A stretch of 64,000 nucleotides of DNA from Chiloscyllium plagiosum (lineage: Eukaryota), in the NCBI RefSeq assembly GCF_004010195.1, contig NC_057719.1:43103789-43167788 (forward strand). The letters run 5' to 3'. The position numbers and the translations under genes were made by a program. Each line of letters opens with the position of its first letter. Within the stretch, counting starts at the first letter, position 1. The notes below the pieces were generated by a model, which ran no database searches, had not been told where the DNA came from, and was given only the letters and a program-made list of their open reading frames with translations. This document shows, one piece after another, positions 1 through 10,258 of this stretch.

Positions 1-179
1 TTGCTGGTAAGCACAGCAAGTCAGGCAGCATCCAAGGAACAGGAGAATCGACGTTTCGGGCATAAGCCCTTCATCAGGAATGAGGAATGAAGGGCTTATG
101 CCCGAAACGTCGATTCTCCTGTTCCTTGGATGCTGCCTGACCTGCTGTGCTTTACCAGCAACACATTTTCAGCTCTGAT
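1..179. mobile_element. Fold-back Penelope-derived terminal-repeat insertion (family A), cut by the window edge
   Basis: Inverted arms (1-~75 versus ~87-160) of the same repeat seen at 342-623. Intact hammerhead core on the minus arm. Confidence 0.8.
50..77 (-). ncRNA. Minimal type-I hammerhead ribozyme motif
   Basis: The minus strand reads CTGATGA-A-GGGC ttat GCCC-GAAAC-GTC. Confidence 0.75.
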
Positions 180-402
180 CCACTTAATGGTAAAGTCCGA
201 GGGAGTGTTGCTGAACAAAGAGACCTTGGAGTGCAGGTTCATAGCTCCTTGAAAGTGGAGTTGCAGATAGATAGAATAGTGAAAAAGGTGTTTGGTATGC
301 TTTTCTTTATTGGTCAGAATATTGAATACAGGAGTTGGGAGCTGAAAATGTGTTGCTGGAAAAGCGCAGCAGGTCAGGCAGCATCCAAGCAACAGGAGAA
401 TC

Positions 403-430
403 GACGTTTCGGGCATAAGCCCTTCTTCAG
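403..430 (-). ncRNA. Minimal type-I hammerhead ribozyme motif
   Basis: The minus strand reads ggattc-CTGAAGA-A-GGGC ttat GCCC-GAAAC-GTC-gattct. Stem I pairs at 5 of 6 positions. Confidence 0.75.
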
Positions 431-446
431 GAATCCTGAATGATTC

Positions 447-526
447 CTGAAGAAGGGTTTTTGCCCGAAACGTCGATTCTCCTGTTCCTTGGAGTTTCCT
501 GAAGAAGGGCTTATGCCCGAAATGTC
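447..526 (+). ncRNA. Tandem pair of minimal hammerhead motifs (447-474 and 499-526)
   Basis: CTGAAGA-A-GGGT tttt GCCC-GAAAC-GTC and CTGAAGA-A-GGGC ttat GCCC-GAAAT-GTC, 52 nt apart. Confidence 0.7.
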
Positions 527-1267
527 GATTCTCCTGTTCCTTGGATGCTGCCTGACCTGCTGCGCCTTTCCAGCAACACATTTTCAGCTCTGATCTCAAG
601 CATCTGCAGTCCTCACTTTCTCCTACAGGAGTTGGGAGGTCATGTTGTGGCTGTACAGGACATTGGTCAGGCCACTTGAATATGTTCAATAACCTAGCTT
701 CCACTGTCCTCTGGGGAAGAGGATTCCAGAGACTAACAGCCCTCTGAAAAGATAAATTCTTCCCCATCGCCATTTTAAATGGGAGATGCCTTTACTTTTA
801 AACTGTGCCCTTCATTCTGGATTCCTTTTTCTGAAGTCTGATGAGTATTGACGCAACTTGCAACCTTTCCTTGTTAAACAACGTCTTCAGCCTAGGAACC
901 AACCTAGTGAATCATCTCTGGACTACTTTCAATGCATGTATATCTATCATTAAATAAGGAGACAAAAACAGTATGCAGTACTCCAAGTGTGGTCTCACCA
1001 AAGCCTGACACAACTATAGCAAGGCTTCCCTACTTTTATACTCCATTCCTCTTGAATAAAGGCTAATGGTTCTTAAATACTAGTTTTACCATGTTAACTG
1101 TGTATAATTAATGATTTAGGGCACACAGATCCTTCAATCTCTCTTTGTTTATGTGTTATTCTGTTTTTCTACTCTGCCTGCTAAATTGTACAGCTTCACA
1201 TTCTCCCACATTATTCTCCATCTACCAAATACCTACTCACTCATTTAATATATATATATAAAATATA

Positions 1268-1578
1268 TTAGACAGATTCCCTACAGTGTGGAAACAGACC
1301 CTTCAGCCCAACCAATCCACACCGACCCTCCGAAGAGTAACCCACCCAGACACATTTCTCCCTGACTAATGCACCTAACACTGGGCAATTTAGCATAGCC
1401 AATTCACCTGACCTACACATCTTTGGACTGCGGGAAGAAACCAGAGCACCCGGAGGAAACCCACGCAGACATGGAGAATGTCTGTGTGGAGTTTGCACAG
1501 TCACCCGAGGCTGGAATCGAACCTGGGACCCTGCTGCTGTGAGGCAGCAGTGCTAACCACTGAGCCACCATGCCACCC
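1268..1578 (-). mobile_element. tRNA-derived V-type SINE (HE1-like)
   Basis: On the minus strand: A box tggctcagtgg, B box ggttcgattcc, V-domain (tgcgtgggtttcctccgggtgctc) and a CR1-like 3' tail. Confidence 0.88.
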
Positions 1579-2158
1579 ACCTATATCCTTTGCAACTATT
1601 TGTATCCTCCTTACAATTTGCTATTCTACCTATCTTTGTTATATTTGTCTAAATATAGTCTATTTGTTCATCTAAGTCAATGATATAAACTGTACATAGT
1701 TGAGGCCTCAGTTCTGAATCCTGGAAAACTCCATTTTGACCCATTTCTCCTGATTCTTCCATTTCCTGTTTAGCCTGTAAAGCAGGTTGACTAATAATTT
1801 GTCACTGCAAACACCATATGGTCTTGTACTGTAAGCTTTTATATGGCATCTTTTATCGAATGCTTTTTGGAAATCCATATATACTACAGCTACTGGTTCC
1901 CTTTCATCCATCCTGCATGCCAAATCCCTCAAAGAACTCTAACAATTTGTCAAACATTATTTTTCTATCCATAAAACCATGTTAACTCCACATGGCTGTA
2001 GAATGATTTTTCTAAACATCCTGGTATTACTTCCATGGGTTTTAGTATTTTCACACTGAAAGATGCTGGGCTAACTGACCAGTTGTTTCCTGCTTGCTCT
2101 CTTCCCAATTCCTTCACTATTTTCTCGAACAGTGGTGCTACATTTAGAGCTTTCTAAT

Positions 2159-3010
2159 TGTGATTTAAGGTATGATATATACATGTTTTAATATCTTAAA
2201 ATAATTTTTATTGAAGTTTAGATTTTGATATAGTGACATGACAGCTTTGGTCTGAGAGCATGATGGAATTTAATGATCGACTTCTCAGTACGTCTGGAGC
2301 TTTTTTAAAACTTAATGTAAAAGAGGCAGTCCCTAGGATGAAGAAATTTGCCTGCATTGGGACAGGTTTGAGCAGACAGAGTAAACATTGAGGCACATGA
2401 GCTTGTTTTATTTTGCTTGGAGGAAAGCCTGCAGCTTAGTAAGGGTTGGGTATTTCTTTTGCAGGAGACCTGATTGGAGTTAGGTCTTTGGAACAGTTCA
2501 TCCTAGAGAAAGGAGTTTATTCAAAAAAGCTGAGAATGAGGTTACCTAAGTGTATGGATTTTACATGAAAACTCCAGACCAGAAAATATTTGGTTAGAAC
2601 CCTGAGGGAATATGAAGTGGAGAAAGTTTAAGTCAATTGTGTAACTCAAGGAAGAGGCTACCAGCCTCTCGAGGTAGAGAATTGAAAGAAACAGTAAAGT
2701 TAAATCTACAGATAGTGAACTCTCTCTGGTGTTTGAGTACAGTAAAGTGATTATGTTGGGATAGATAGGATTGTATTTTTATTCTGTTTCAGAAACTTTT
2801 AAATATTATTATATGTAACAGCTTGGCTTATTCTATTTTGTCTTTCATGTAAATGCTTCTATTTCTATTGATAAGAACAAATCTGTATGTGTACTTACAT
2901 TTCAGTGAAAGATCACCTCATTAGATCTTTTTTTTTTATTTTATTTATTAAGTCGGATTTCAGTCTAGGATCTGAGTTGTCCAGTAATTACATCAGTTGG
3001 GGTCATAACA
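2159..3010. mobile_element. Putative solo LTR (~850 bp)
   Basis: Begins TGTGAT and ends ...ggggtcataACA (TG...CA). Flanked by taat/caat (4 bp, one mismatch). Interrupts the CR1-like sequence, which resumes after 3010. No coding content. Confidence 0.45.
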
Positions 3011-4657
3011 CAATCAGGGGGATCTTTCCAGATTCTAGAGTTATCATGTATCCACTACCACTGCAGCAATATCTTTTAAGGTACATCCTGAGTGCATGCC
3101 ATCAAGGCCTATAATCCTTTCTATCCCATTAGCTTTCCTACTAATTTTGTTTTGGTGTTGTGATTTGCTTTCAGTTCCCCCCCCCCCCCCCTCCCCCTTG
3201 ATAAAACCATAAAGTTACAACATAAAAAGATACCAATCAGCCCACCCTGGCCACTGTAGCTGAATAAACTAGCTGTCCATTTTAATCCTATTTACCAGCA
3301 TCTGGTCTGATAACTTGCAGGTTACTTCAGGTGCGGATCCAGGTTCCTTTCAAATGAGTTGAGGGTTTTTGTCTCAACCACCAAATTAGGCAGGGAATTC
3401 CAGTCACCTGACTACCCTGTGAGGTAAAGGCCTTTTTCTTATGTCCCCTATAATCCTTCTATCAATCAGCTTAAATTTGTGTCCCCCGATAATTGACCTG
3501 TCCACTAGTGTGAACAGATCTTGGACAGTGTGGATGAAGATCTGTAAAGAGGTGTAAAACAATGCCTCATTGTTTTACACCTCCAACTAAGTCACCCCTC
3601 AGCCTCTTCTGCTTTAGAGAAAACAATCCTAACCTATTCAATCTTTCCTCATTGCTGTAATTTTCAAGTACTGGCAACATTTTTGTGAATTTCCTCTAAT
3701 ACTCTCTCAACAGCATTTACATCCTTTCTGTAACGTGGTGACTAAAACTGTACACAACTCCAAGAGTGTCCTAACCAGTGTCACGCATATTTCCAATATT
3801 TCATCCCTGCTCTCGTATTCGATATCCCACCCAACAAAGGAAAACATCCCATGTGCCTTCTTTACCATCTTATCTACTTTATACTGTTGCCGTCAGAAGC
3901 CTTTGGATTTGCACTCCACGATCTCTCATTTCCTCTCCCCTTCTCAGTACACTCCAGTTTATTGTGTATTCCTTTGCTTTGTCTTCTCTCCCCAAAAGCA
4001 TCTAGATTGAATTCCATTTGCCACTCTTCTGGCCATTCAAGTAAACCATCTGTTATCCTACAATCAACAACCACCCTCTTCACAACCTGTTCTATTTTAG
4101 CATCATATGCAGGTTTCTCATCATGACTCCCACATTTCAGTCAAAATCATTTAATATAATCCACAAATGGCAAGGAAGTAAAAGAGAGTCCATTGGAATA
4201 CCACTCGTAATCACTTTCCATTCGTAAAATCATTCCTGGAACAAAATTACCCTTTTGCCTCCAGGAACTGATTTTGGAACCAACTCATCACATTCCTCTG
4301 TATCCCCTGAGTTTTAATTTTCTTATCAGACTGCCATGTAGGACCATGTCATATTCCTTCCTAAAATCCACAGAGACAACATCTAATGCATGACCCTCAT
4401 CAATCCTCCTTGTTATTCTTCAAACTTCAATAAAGTTAGAGTGAGACAACCTTTCCTTAACAAAACCACGCTGACTTTATTTGGTGAGGCTTCGATTAAT
4501 CAAGCAACAGTTAATCCTATCTCTCGACTTTGTTTTTAGTAACTTGTCCAGTAATGACTCCATGCTGACTGCCCTACAATTATTTGGCGCCTCCATCACA
4601 CTTCTTCTGAGTAATGGTACACCATTTGCAAACCTCCAATCCTCTGGAGCCTCACCT

Positions 4658-6092
4658 GTGGAGGCAACGGCCCAGCGGTATTAACCTAGATTATTAGTCC
4701 AAAAGTTGAGCTAATTTTCTAGGGACCTGGATTCAAATCCTGCCATGGCAGATCATGAAATTTGAATTCATTTTTTAAAAAATGTTTGGAATTAAGAATC
4801 TTCTGATGACTGCAACAATTGTCGATTGTCAGAGCAACTTATCTGGCTCACCAATGTCCTTCAGGGAAGGAAATCTGCCATCCTTACCTTGTCTGACCTA
4901 CATTCTGACTCCAGACTCTCAGCAATGTGGTTGACTCTCAACTGGCTTCTGAAATGACCAAGCAAGCCACTCCATTGTATCAATCAATATGAAGTCTCAA
5001 CAAAGAAACAAAACCAGACTGACCACCTAGCATCGACGTAGGCTTCGCAAAGACAAAGGCAGAAACAGCCCTGTCAACCCTGCAGAGCCCTCCTTACCAA
5101 CATCTGGAGGCTGGTGTCAAAATTGGGAGAACTGTCTCACAGACCAGTCAAACGTAAACTCTGGGGACATTTCGCTGAGCATCTCAGCCGGGCCCGCAGG
5201 GGCCTACCTGACCTCCCAGTCACCACCCATTTTAATTCCCCTTCCCACTCCCTCTCTGACATGACCATCCTCGGCCAGCGAATCAGACTGCAAATTGGAG
5301 GAACAGCACTTCATTTTCTGCCTGGGCAGCCTGCAACCCAAAGGACTCAACATTAGGTTCTCCAATTTTAAATAACCTCATTTCCTCAACCCCTGACTCC
5401 CTTTTCAGTCCCTCCCCCTCCCTTCCATTCCTCCGATCGACCCTTCCTTCCAGCTATCAACCGGATTCATTCCTCCCGGCGACCGACCAAGTCGTACCTT
5501 CTACCTGTGCTCACCTATCTCAACCTCACCACCCCACCTCTCTCCCTATCCAAAACCCTCCCCCACCCCCCTTTATCCGCAGCTCCACTTACATCCATCC
5601 CCAGTCCTGAAGAAGAGTTACATGTAAAACATTGACATCTCCACCTCCTGATGCTGCCTGGCTTGCTGTGTTCTTCCAGCCTCCTACCAGTCTACCTTGG
5701 ATTCCAGCATCTGCAGTTTTTTTGTATCTCACAGATAGTCAAGCAACATCCTGACATAGTCATCATCATGGAATCATAACCAATAGATAACATCCCAGAC
5801 AACACCACCACCATCCCTAGGTATGTCCTGTCCCACTGGCAGGATAGACCCAATAGAGGGAGCAGTACAGTGGTTTACAGTCAGGAGGGGGTTACCTTGG
5901 GAGTTCAGGTTAAACATGCGCAAGGAAACCTTCCGCTGATTACCACTTACCATCCTCCCTTGGCTAATGAATCAGTGCTCCTCCATGTTTAACAATACTT
6001 TGAGGAAACGCTGAGGGTAGCAAGTGCACACAATATACTCTGGGTGGAAGATTTCAATGTCCTCCACCAAAAGTGGTTTATTAGTAGCACTA
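4658..6092 (+). mobile_element. tRNA-like head + Deu-type domain contiguous with a LINE AP-endonuclease frame (split by a Penelope insertion)
   Basis: B-box-like ggattcaaatcc at ~4729. Deu-like core aatgtccttcagggaaggaaatctgcc...actccagac...gcaatgtggttgactctcaactg (~4853-4955). Then LTNIWRLVSKLGELSHR|KQHPDIVIIMES...WQDRPNRGSSTVVY...ITTYHPP...WVEDFNV. Confidence 0.7.
5152..5726 (+). mobile_element. Penelope-like element 3' fragment (GIY-YIG remnant + terminal repeat, family B)
   Basis: HFAEHLSRARRGLPDLPVTTHFNSPSHSLSDMTILG; pyrimidine-rich 3' region; decayed hammerhead at ~5607-5634. Imperfect TSD tctcacagaccagtcaa (5135-5151) and tctcacagatagtcaa (5727-5742). Confidence 0.85.
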
Positions 6093-7726
6093 CTATAGCC
6101 CTGTCCTGTTTCTGTTCCTGCCCATGGATCAAATCTGAGGGAACGGCCTAATGCTTCCTGAAACAAACTTCCCTCCCCTAGATTATAACTTACTGTGGAG
6201 CTGAAAAATTTTTTTAAATGGTGTTCCTGTCCAAAAGTGCGTCAAGAAAAGGTAATTATCTGACTCTTAAACTCATGTACGTTGACTTCCATGTCCCTGA
6301 ACAATTTGGTTAAATGTAGCTTTACTGTAGCTAAAGCAAACTGGAAGTTTCCCTCTCCTCACTTACTTGATTCCTAGTTTTAAGGCAAAAACTGTGGGCC
6401 CCTAATGTGGTTAGCAGCCAAACTTTGGGATTGTGAGTTCTGATGTAGCAATGACTCCTATGGAGCTCTGACAAAGCTCTAACAGCTGCCAACTCCTTTT
6501 AAATCATCACATTATTTTTTTAAAAGAAAACGAGTAGATGCATCTTGCTTAACCCAGTGCATGAAACAGCTTTCCCTCCTGCCATTCTCACAGGTTCCAC
6601 CTCTTCACCTGGCTGATCTTAGCAGCTCCTGTGCATAATATACCTTTTTTTTTCTTTTAAAATCTTTTGTTAATATGATTATGGATGATGCTGATTATTT
6701 CCTATCCCTGAGCTGTGATAGTAGACCTTCTACATGAATTGCTGCATTTCTTGATAGCATCAAAAATGATGTTAGAGGTAGGGAATTCTAGAGTTTTTGA
6801 GCCAGTGTTGATGACTTCAGTTAATCATGAATTCGATTCCTGTAAAACGTCTTAAAACATGAAGTTCCCCATCTAGCTCCTAATCTTTTCTTTCATTTTG
6901 TTTGTGCCTGTTTTCTATGGCCTTCTGTGTCTGCCTGAGCCCTTTTGCAGTCTCTGCAGCTCCTACTCTTGTTGAATGAAAATCTCACACGTATTTCTGA
7001 CTCTGGCTATCACAAATTGTAGGTTTTTACAGAAACACGTTAGTAATTATCACATCAATCTGTGTAATTTTCATTCAACCCTATTCAAAAGGAGTCTTCA
7101 GTTAAACCCATTAAGGATGATGGACTGTATAACCCATTCATCCATTTAAGGATTGCACAGCTTCCAACTCTCCAAGCCATTGGGAGCCAGACGACATCAA
7201 GATTTATTCTTGACATTGCAAAACAAGGTAAGGAGCTGCAAAGAAACAGAAGGGGACAACACAGACACAGACAGAGACATACAAAACAGGCATTGACAGT
7301 ACAAGAGAAAAGATTCTTGAACTGGAAACAAACAGGGTGAAATTCAAGGAGCTACAGATAACTTTGTGCACCAAGAGTTTTAAAAAGAATTTAATTCACT
7401 ATTAGCTGAAGTCAGTGTTGTCAGATAAGTGTTTGAACTCCCAATCTTAAAACTATTTGTGTGTGTATATTTTTTTTATATGTGTGTATATATATCACTC
7501 CTTTATCAGCACTGGATTGGAATTCCATACGATGTTCCCATGCAGGGTCCCATTCTATTGATATTTGTTCAAATTTAATTCGGGAGGACTGTTTGAACAA
7601 GCTATTTCCAAATCCCAAGTTTGCCAACCCAACACTTAACCCAATTCACTCACTTTATAGGCTGAATATTAAACTACTAATATACACTTAATTTGTGTAT
7701 TTCTTAGTATTTTTGTTCTATTTCAG

Positions 7727-7853
7727 TCTTGAATTTCCAAGGATGTGGGAAGATGTTCAAGATTTAAATAGTTTGTCCTTAAGGTTTTGTTGGAATGTAT
7801 CTCACAGTCGAGAGAAGCTCCTGTCTACACTTGAAATTGACCAAAATCAAAAG
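7727..7853 (+). CDS. CLBA1: Internal coding exon of CLBA1/C14orf79-like gene (aftiphilin-type clathrin-binding box)
   Basis: Polypyrimidine tract and tttcag acceptor (7721-7726); aag|gtaaga donor at 7854. Encodes LEFPRMWEDVQDLNSLSLRFCWNVSHSREKLLSTLEIDQNQK, matching the aftiphilin/CLBA1 pattern W..(L/V)QD....L...W..SHS..KLL..L.ID. Lies convergent to a CDCA4-type gene, as CLBA1 does in human. Confidence 0.85.
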
Positions 7854-8039
7854 GTAAGAAACTCGATGTATTCCATCAATATATTGTATCAATACTCAAC
7901 TTCACATTTATTTCAGCTTGCTCCTATTTTAAATATCTTCACTGAATTATCATTGCTAAGAGACATGCCATCAAAGCTCTTCAGCTTGCACTCAACAGAT
8001 ATAAGAATACACATTTCAAAGGGAACAGCAATTTATACA

Positions 8040-8435
8040 GCATAGGAAAAGAATGCTGATTAGTTGGCATTGGTCAAGGTATTGTTGTGGTGAATACAAT
8101 ACATGTTTAATTTTTTACAAAAGGCATAACGCCTCAGCGTGTTCATTTTCTTCCTGCAGAGGCCAGGTCCCAGTGTAGGAATCTATGTAGCTTCTAGCAA
8201 GTATAAGTAAGCTAAATTGTGAGCTCAATTGATAACCAGAAATTGGTTGTTAGTTTAATTCTTAGCACATTGCAAATTGTTCAAGTGTTGCCCAAATGTG
8301 AAATCATATCTAATATTGGATATTATGTTCAGAGTCTTGCAAACATAGGATTGTTGAATACAGTAGGTGCTATGCCTATTCGATCACAGGGCTGTCCTGT
8401 TTGATATGATCTACCACTTGTTGATATGTATGGCC
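8040..8435 (-). mobile_element. Old Penelope-like GIY-YIG C-terminal remnant
   Basis: Minus-strand translation gives FGQHLNNLQCAKN...F...LLEAT.I...P.LCRK, the GQHL..N..CA / LEA..I....P.LC pattern of Penelope endonucleases. Confidence 0.55.
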
Positions 8436-8793
8436 TATGTAGTTGACATTGCATTGGTGTTTATGTAAACAATTTGGATGGGAATGTAGGAAGTGTTTTA
8501 ATAAGTTTGTGGATGACACCAAAATTGGTGGTATAGTGGACAGTGAAGAAGATTATTGAAGAGTACAAGGATATTTTGATCAGCTGGGCCAATGGATTGA
8601 GGAGTGGAAGATGGAATTTAATTTAGATAAGTGCGAGATGTTGCATTTTGGTAAGATACATTTAATGGTTGGGCTCTGAGGAATGTTGTGAAACAGACAC
8701 CAAGGGGTTCAGGTATATAGTTCCTTGGAAGTGGTGCCACAGCTGTACAGGGTGGTGAAGAAGACATTTGACACACTTGCCTTCATTGGTCAG

Positions 8794-8931
8794 GATGTGG
8801 AGGTGCTGGTGTTGGACTGGGGTGGACAAAGATAAAAATCACAAGATTTTTTAAATCAAAAAGACAAAAATGGAAGCTTGTACTTCCAAATAAACCTGTT
8901 GGACTATAACCTGGTATTGTGTGATTTTTAA
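8794..8931. mobile_element. Short fold-back insertion, probably a third Penelope terminal-repeat family (C)
   Basis: 13-bp TSD cttcattggtcag at 8781-8793 and 8932-8944. Inverted aaaaatcaca/tgtgattttt ends, with a one-sided tail on the left. No hammerhead core is retained. Confidence 0.65.
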
Positions 8932-9374
8932 CTTCATTGGTCAGACCATTGAGTATAGGAGTTGGGACTTCATGTTGTAGCTGTACAGGACATTGGTGAG
9001 ACTGTTTTTAGAATACTGCACACAATTCTGGTCGCTGTACTATTGAAACATAGTCATTAAACTAGAATGGGTGCAGAAAAGATTTACAAGGATGTTGCCA
9101 GGACTGGAGGGTTTTGAGTTATAATGAGAAGCTGGATAGGCCGGGACTTTTCTCTCTAGAGTGTTAGGAAGCGAAGGGATGACCTTATAGAGCATATAAA
9201 ATCATGAGAGACATAGATAAAGTGAATAGCAAAGGTCTTTTCCTCCAGAGTAGGTGAATCCAAAACCAGAGGTTGTAAGTTTAATGTGAGAGGGGCAAGA
9301 TTTAAATGGGACCTGAGGGACAACTTCTTCACAAAAACAGTGGTGACTATATGGATTGAGCTGCCAGAGGAAGT

Positions 9375-9583
9375 GGACGAAAGTGGGTACTGCAGATGCT
9401 GAAGCTTAGAGTCAAGATTAGAATAGTGCTGGAAAAGCACACCAGGTCAGGCAGCATTCGAGCAGCAAGAAAATCGACGTTTCGGGCAGAAGCCCTTCAT
9501 TCATTCCTGATGAAGGGCTTTTGCCTGAAGCATTGATATTCCTGCTCCTCGAATGCTGCCTGACTTGTTGTGTTTTTCCAGCG
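9375..9583. mobile_element. Fold-back Penelope-derived insertion (family A-related)
   Basis: TSD agaggaagt at 9366-9374 and 9584-9592. Inverted arms around 9500. Partial or decayed hammerhead cores at 9476-9500 (-) and 9507-9534 (+). Confidence 0.82.
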
Positions 9584-9668
9584 AGAGGAAGTAGTATAGG
9601 CGATTACAATTTTAACATATAAAAAACATTTGGACAGGTACACGGATAGGAAAGGTTAAGAGGGTCAT

Positions 9669-10258
9669 AGATTAGAGTAGCTTTTATTTGTCATTTCTAC
9701 CGTACAACTGGTACAGTAAAAACGAGAGAGTGTTCCTCCAGGACCGAGGGTGCTACATGGATAGCACAAACTATACAATCGTCCACGGCATAAAGTGCAT
9801 AACAGGTGCAAAACACGCAAGTTACAGTGTAATAGAAAAATTATAAAAAATATTTTTCTACCAGCAATTCGATGTCATGCAAAGAATTTCAGATGGGAAA
9901 GATACTGATTGCACTATGTTAAGGAGCCTGATAGCTTGGGGAAGAAACTGTTGCATGATCTGGCCCTGAGAGACCGAATGCTCCGGTATCTTCTGCCAGA
10001 TGGCAGGAGGGAGAAGAGTTTGAGTGAGGGGTGTGTAGGGTCTTCCACAATTCTCTTAGCCTTTCAGATGCAGCTTATGGTGTAAATGTGCTAATGGAGG
10101 GGAGAGAGATCCCGATGATCTTCTCAGCTGTCCTCACTATCCGTTTTAGGGTCTTATGATCCGAGACGGTGCAATTCCCCAATCAGGCAGTGATGCAGAA
10201 GCTCAGGGTACTCTCGATGAACCCTTTGTAGAATGTGGTGAGGATGGGGTTGGGAGGT
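9669..10258 (-). mobile_element. Rex1/Babar-type LINE 3' fragment
   Basis: The minus strand encodes TTFYKGFIESTLSFCITA.LGNC and LLPSGRRYRSI, typical of the Rex/Babar ORF C-terminus, followed by a 3'UTR with aataaaa. Confidence 0.72.

Larger units (their letters stand above)
342..623. mobile_element. Fold-back Penelope-derived insertion (family A) with three hammerhead cores
   Basis: TSD tacaggagttgggag at 327-341 and 624-638. Inverted arms 341-431 and 498-588. 35-nt one-sided tail at 589-623. Confidence 0.88.
180..685 (+). mobile_element. CR1 RT C-terminal fragment with a Penelope-derived insertion inside it and another abutting it
   Basis: LNGKVRGSVAEQRDLGVQVHSSLKVELQIDRIVKK, closely similar to the element at 22168-24308. 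Confidence 0.8.
690..4655 (-). mobile_element. Older decayed CR1-like LINE fragments (at least two), interrupted by a SINE and a putative LTR
   Basis: Minus-strand remnants VVYMDFQKAFDK (1708-1932) and WPEEWQMEFN (3874-4083); separate CR1-type 3' regions near 700 and 3210. Confidence 0.65.

Noticed and set aside
1..623. Short palindromic repeats with spacers that look superficially like a CRISPR array
   Set aside because: The repeats are inverted arms of retroelement termini with TSDs in eukaryotic DNA. There is no regular repeat-spacer period and no cas genes.
96..773. 225-aa minus-strand ORF with internal repeats (also the similar peptides at 28092, 32693, 32766, 53903 and 63198)
   Set aside because: Chance read-through of Penelope terminal repeats and antisense CR1. 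The recurring GLMPETSILLLLGCC and MCCWKSAAGQAAS peptides are just the two strands of the hammerhead-bearing repeat.
7695..8045. 116-aa ORF as a stand-alone gene
   Set aside because: Only 7727-7853 is exon-like. The flanks are the polypyrimidine tract and intron.
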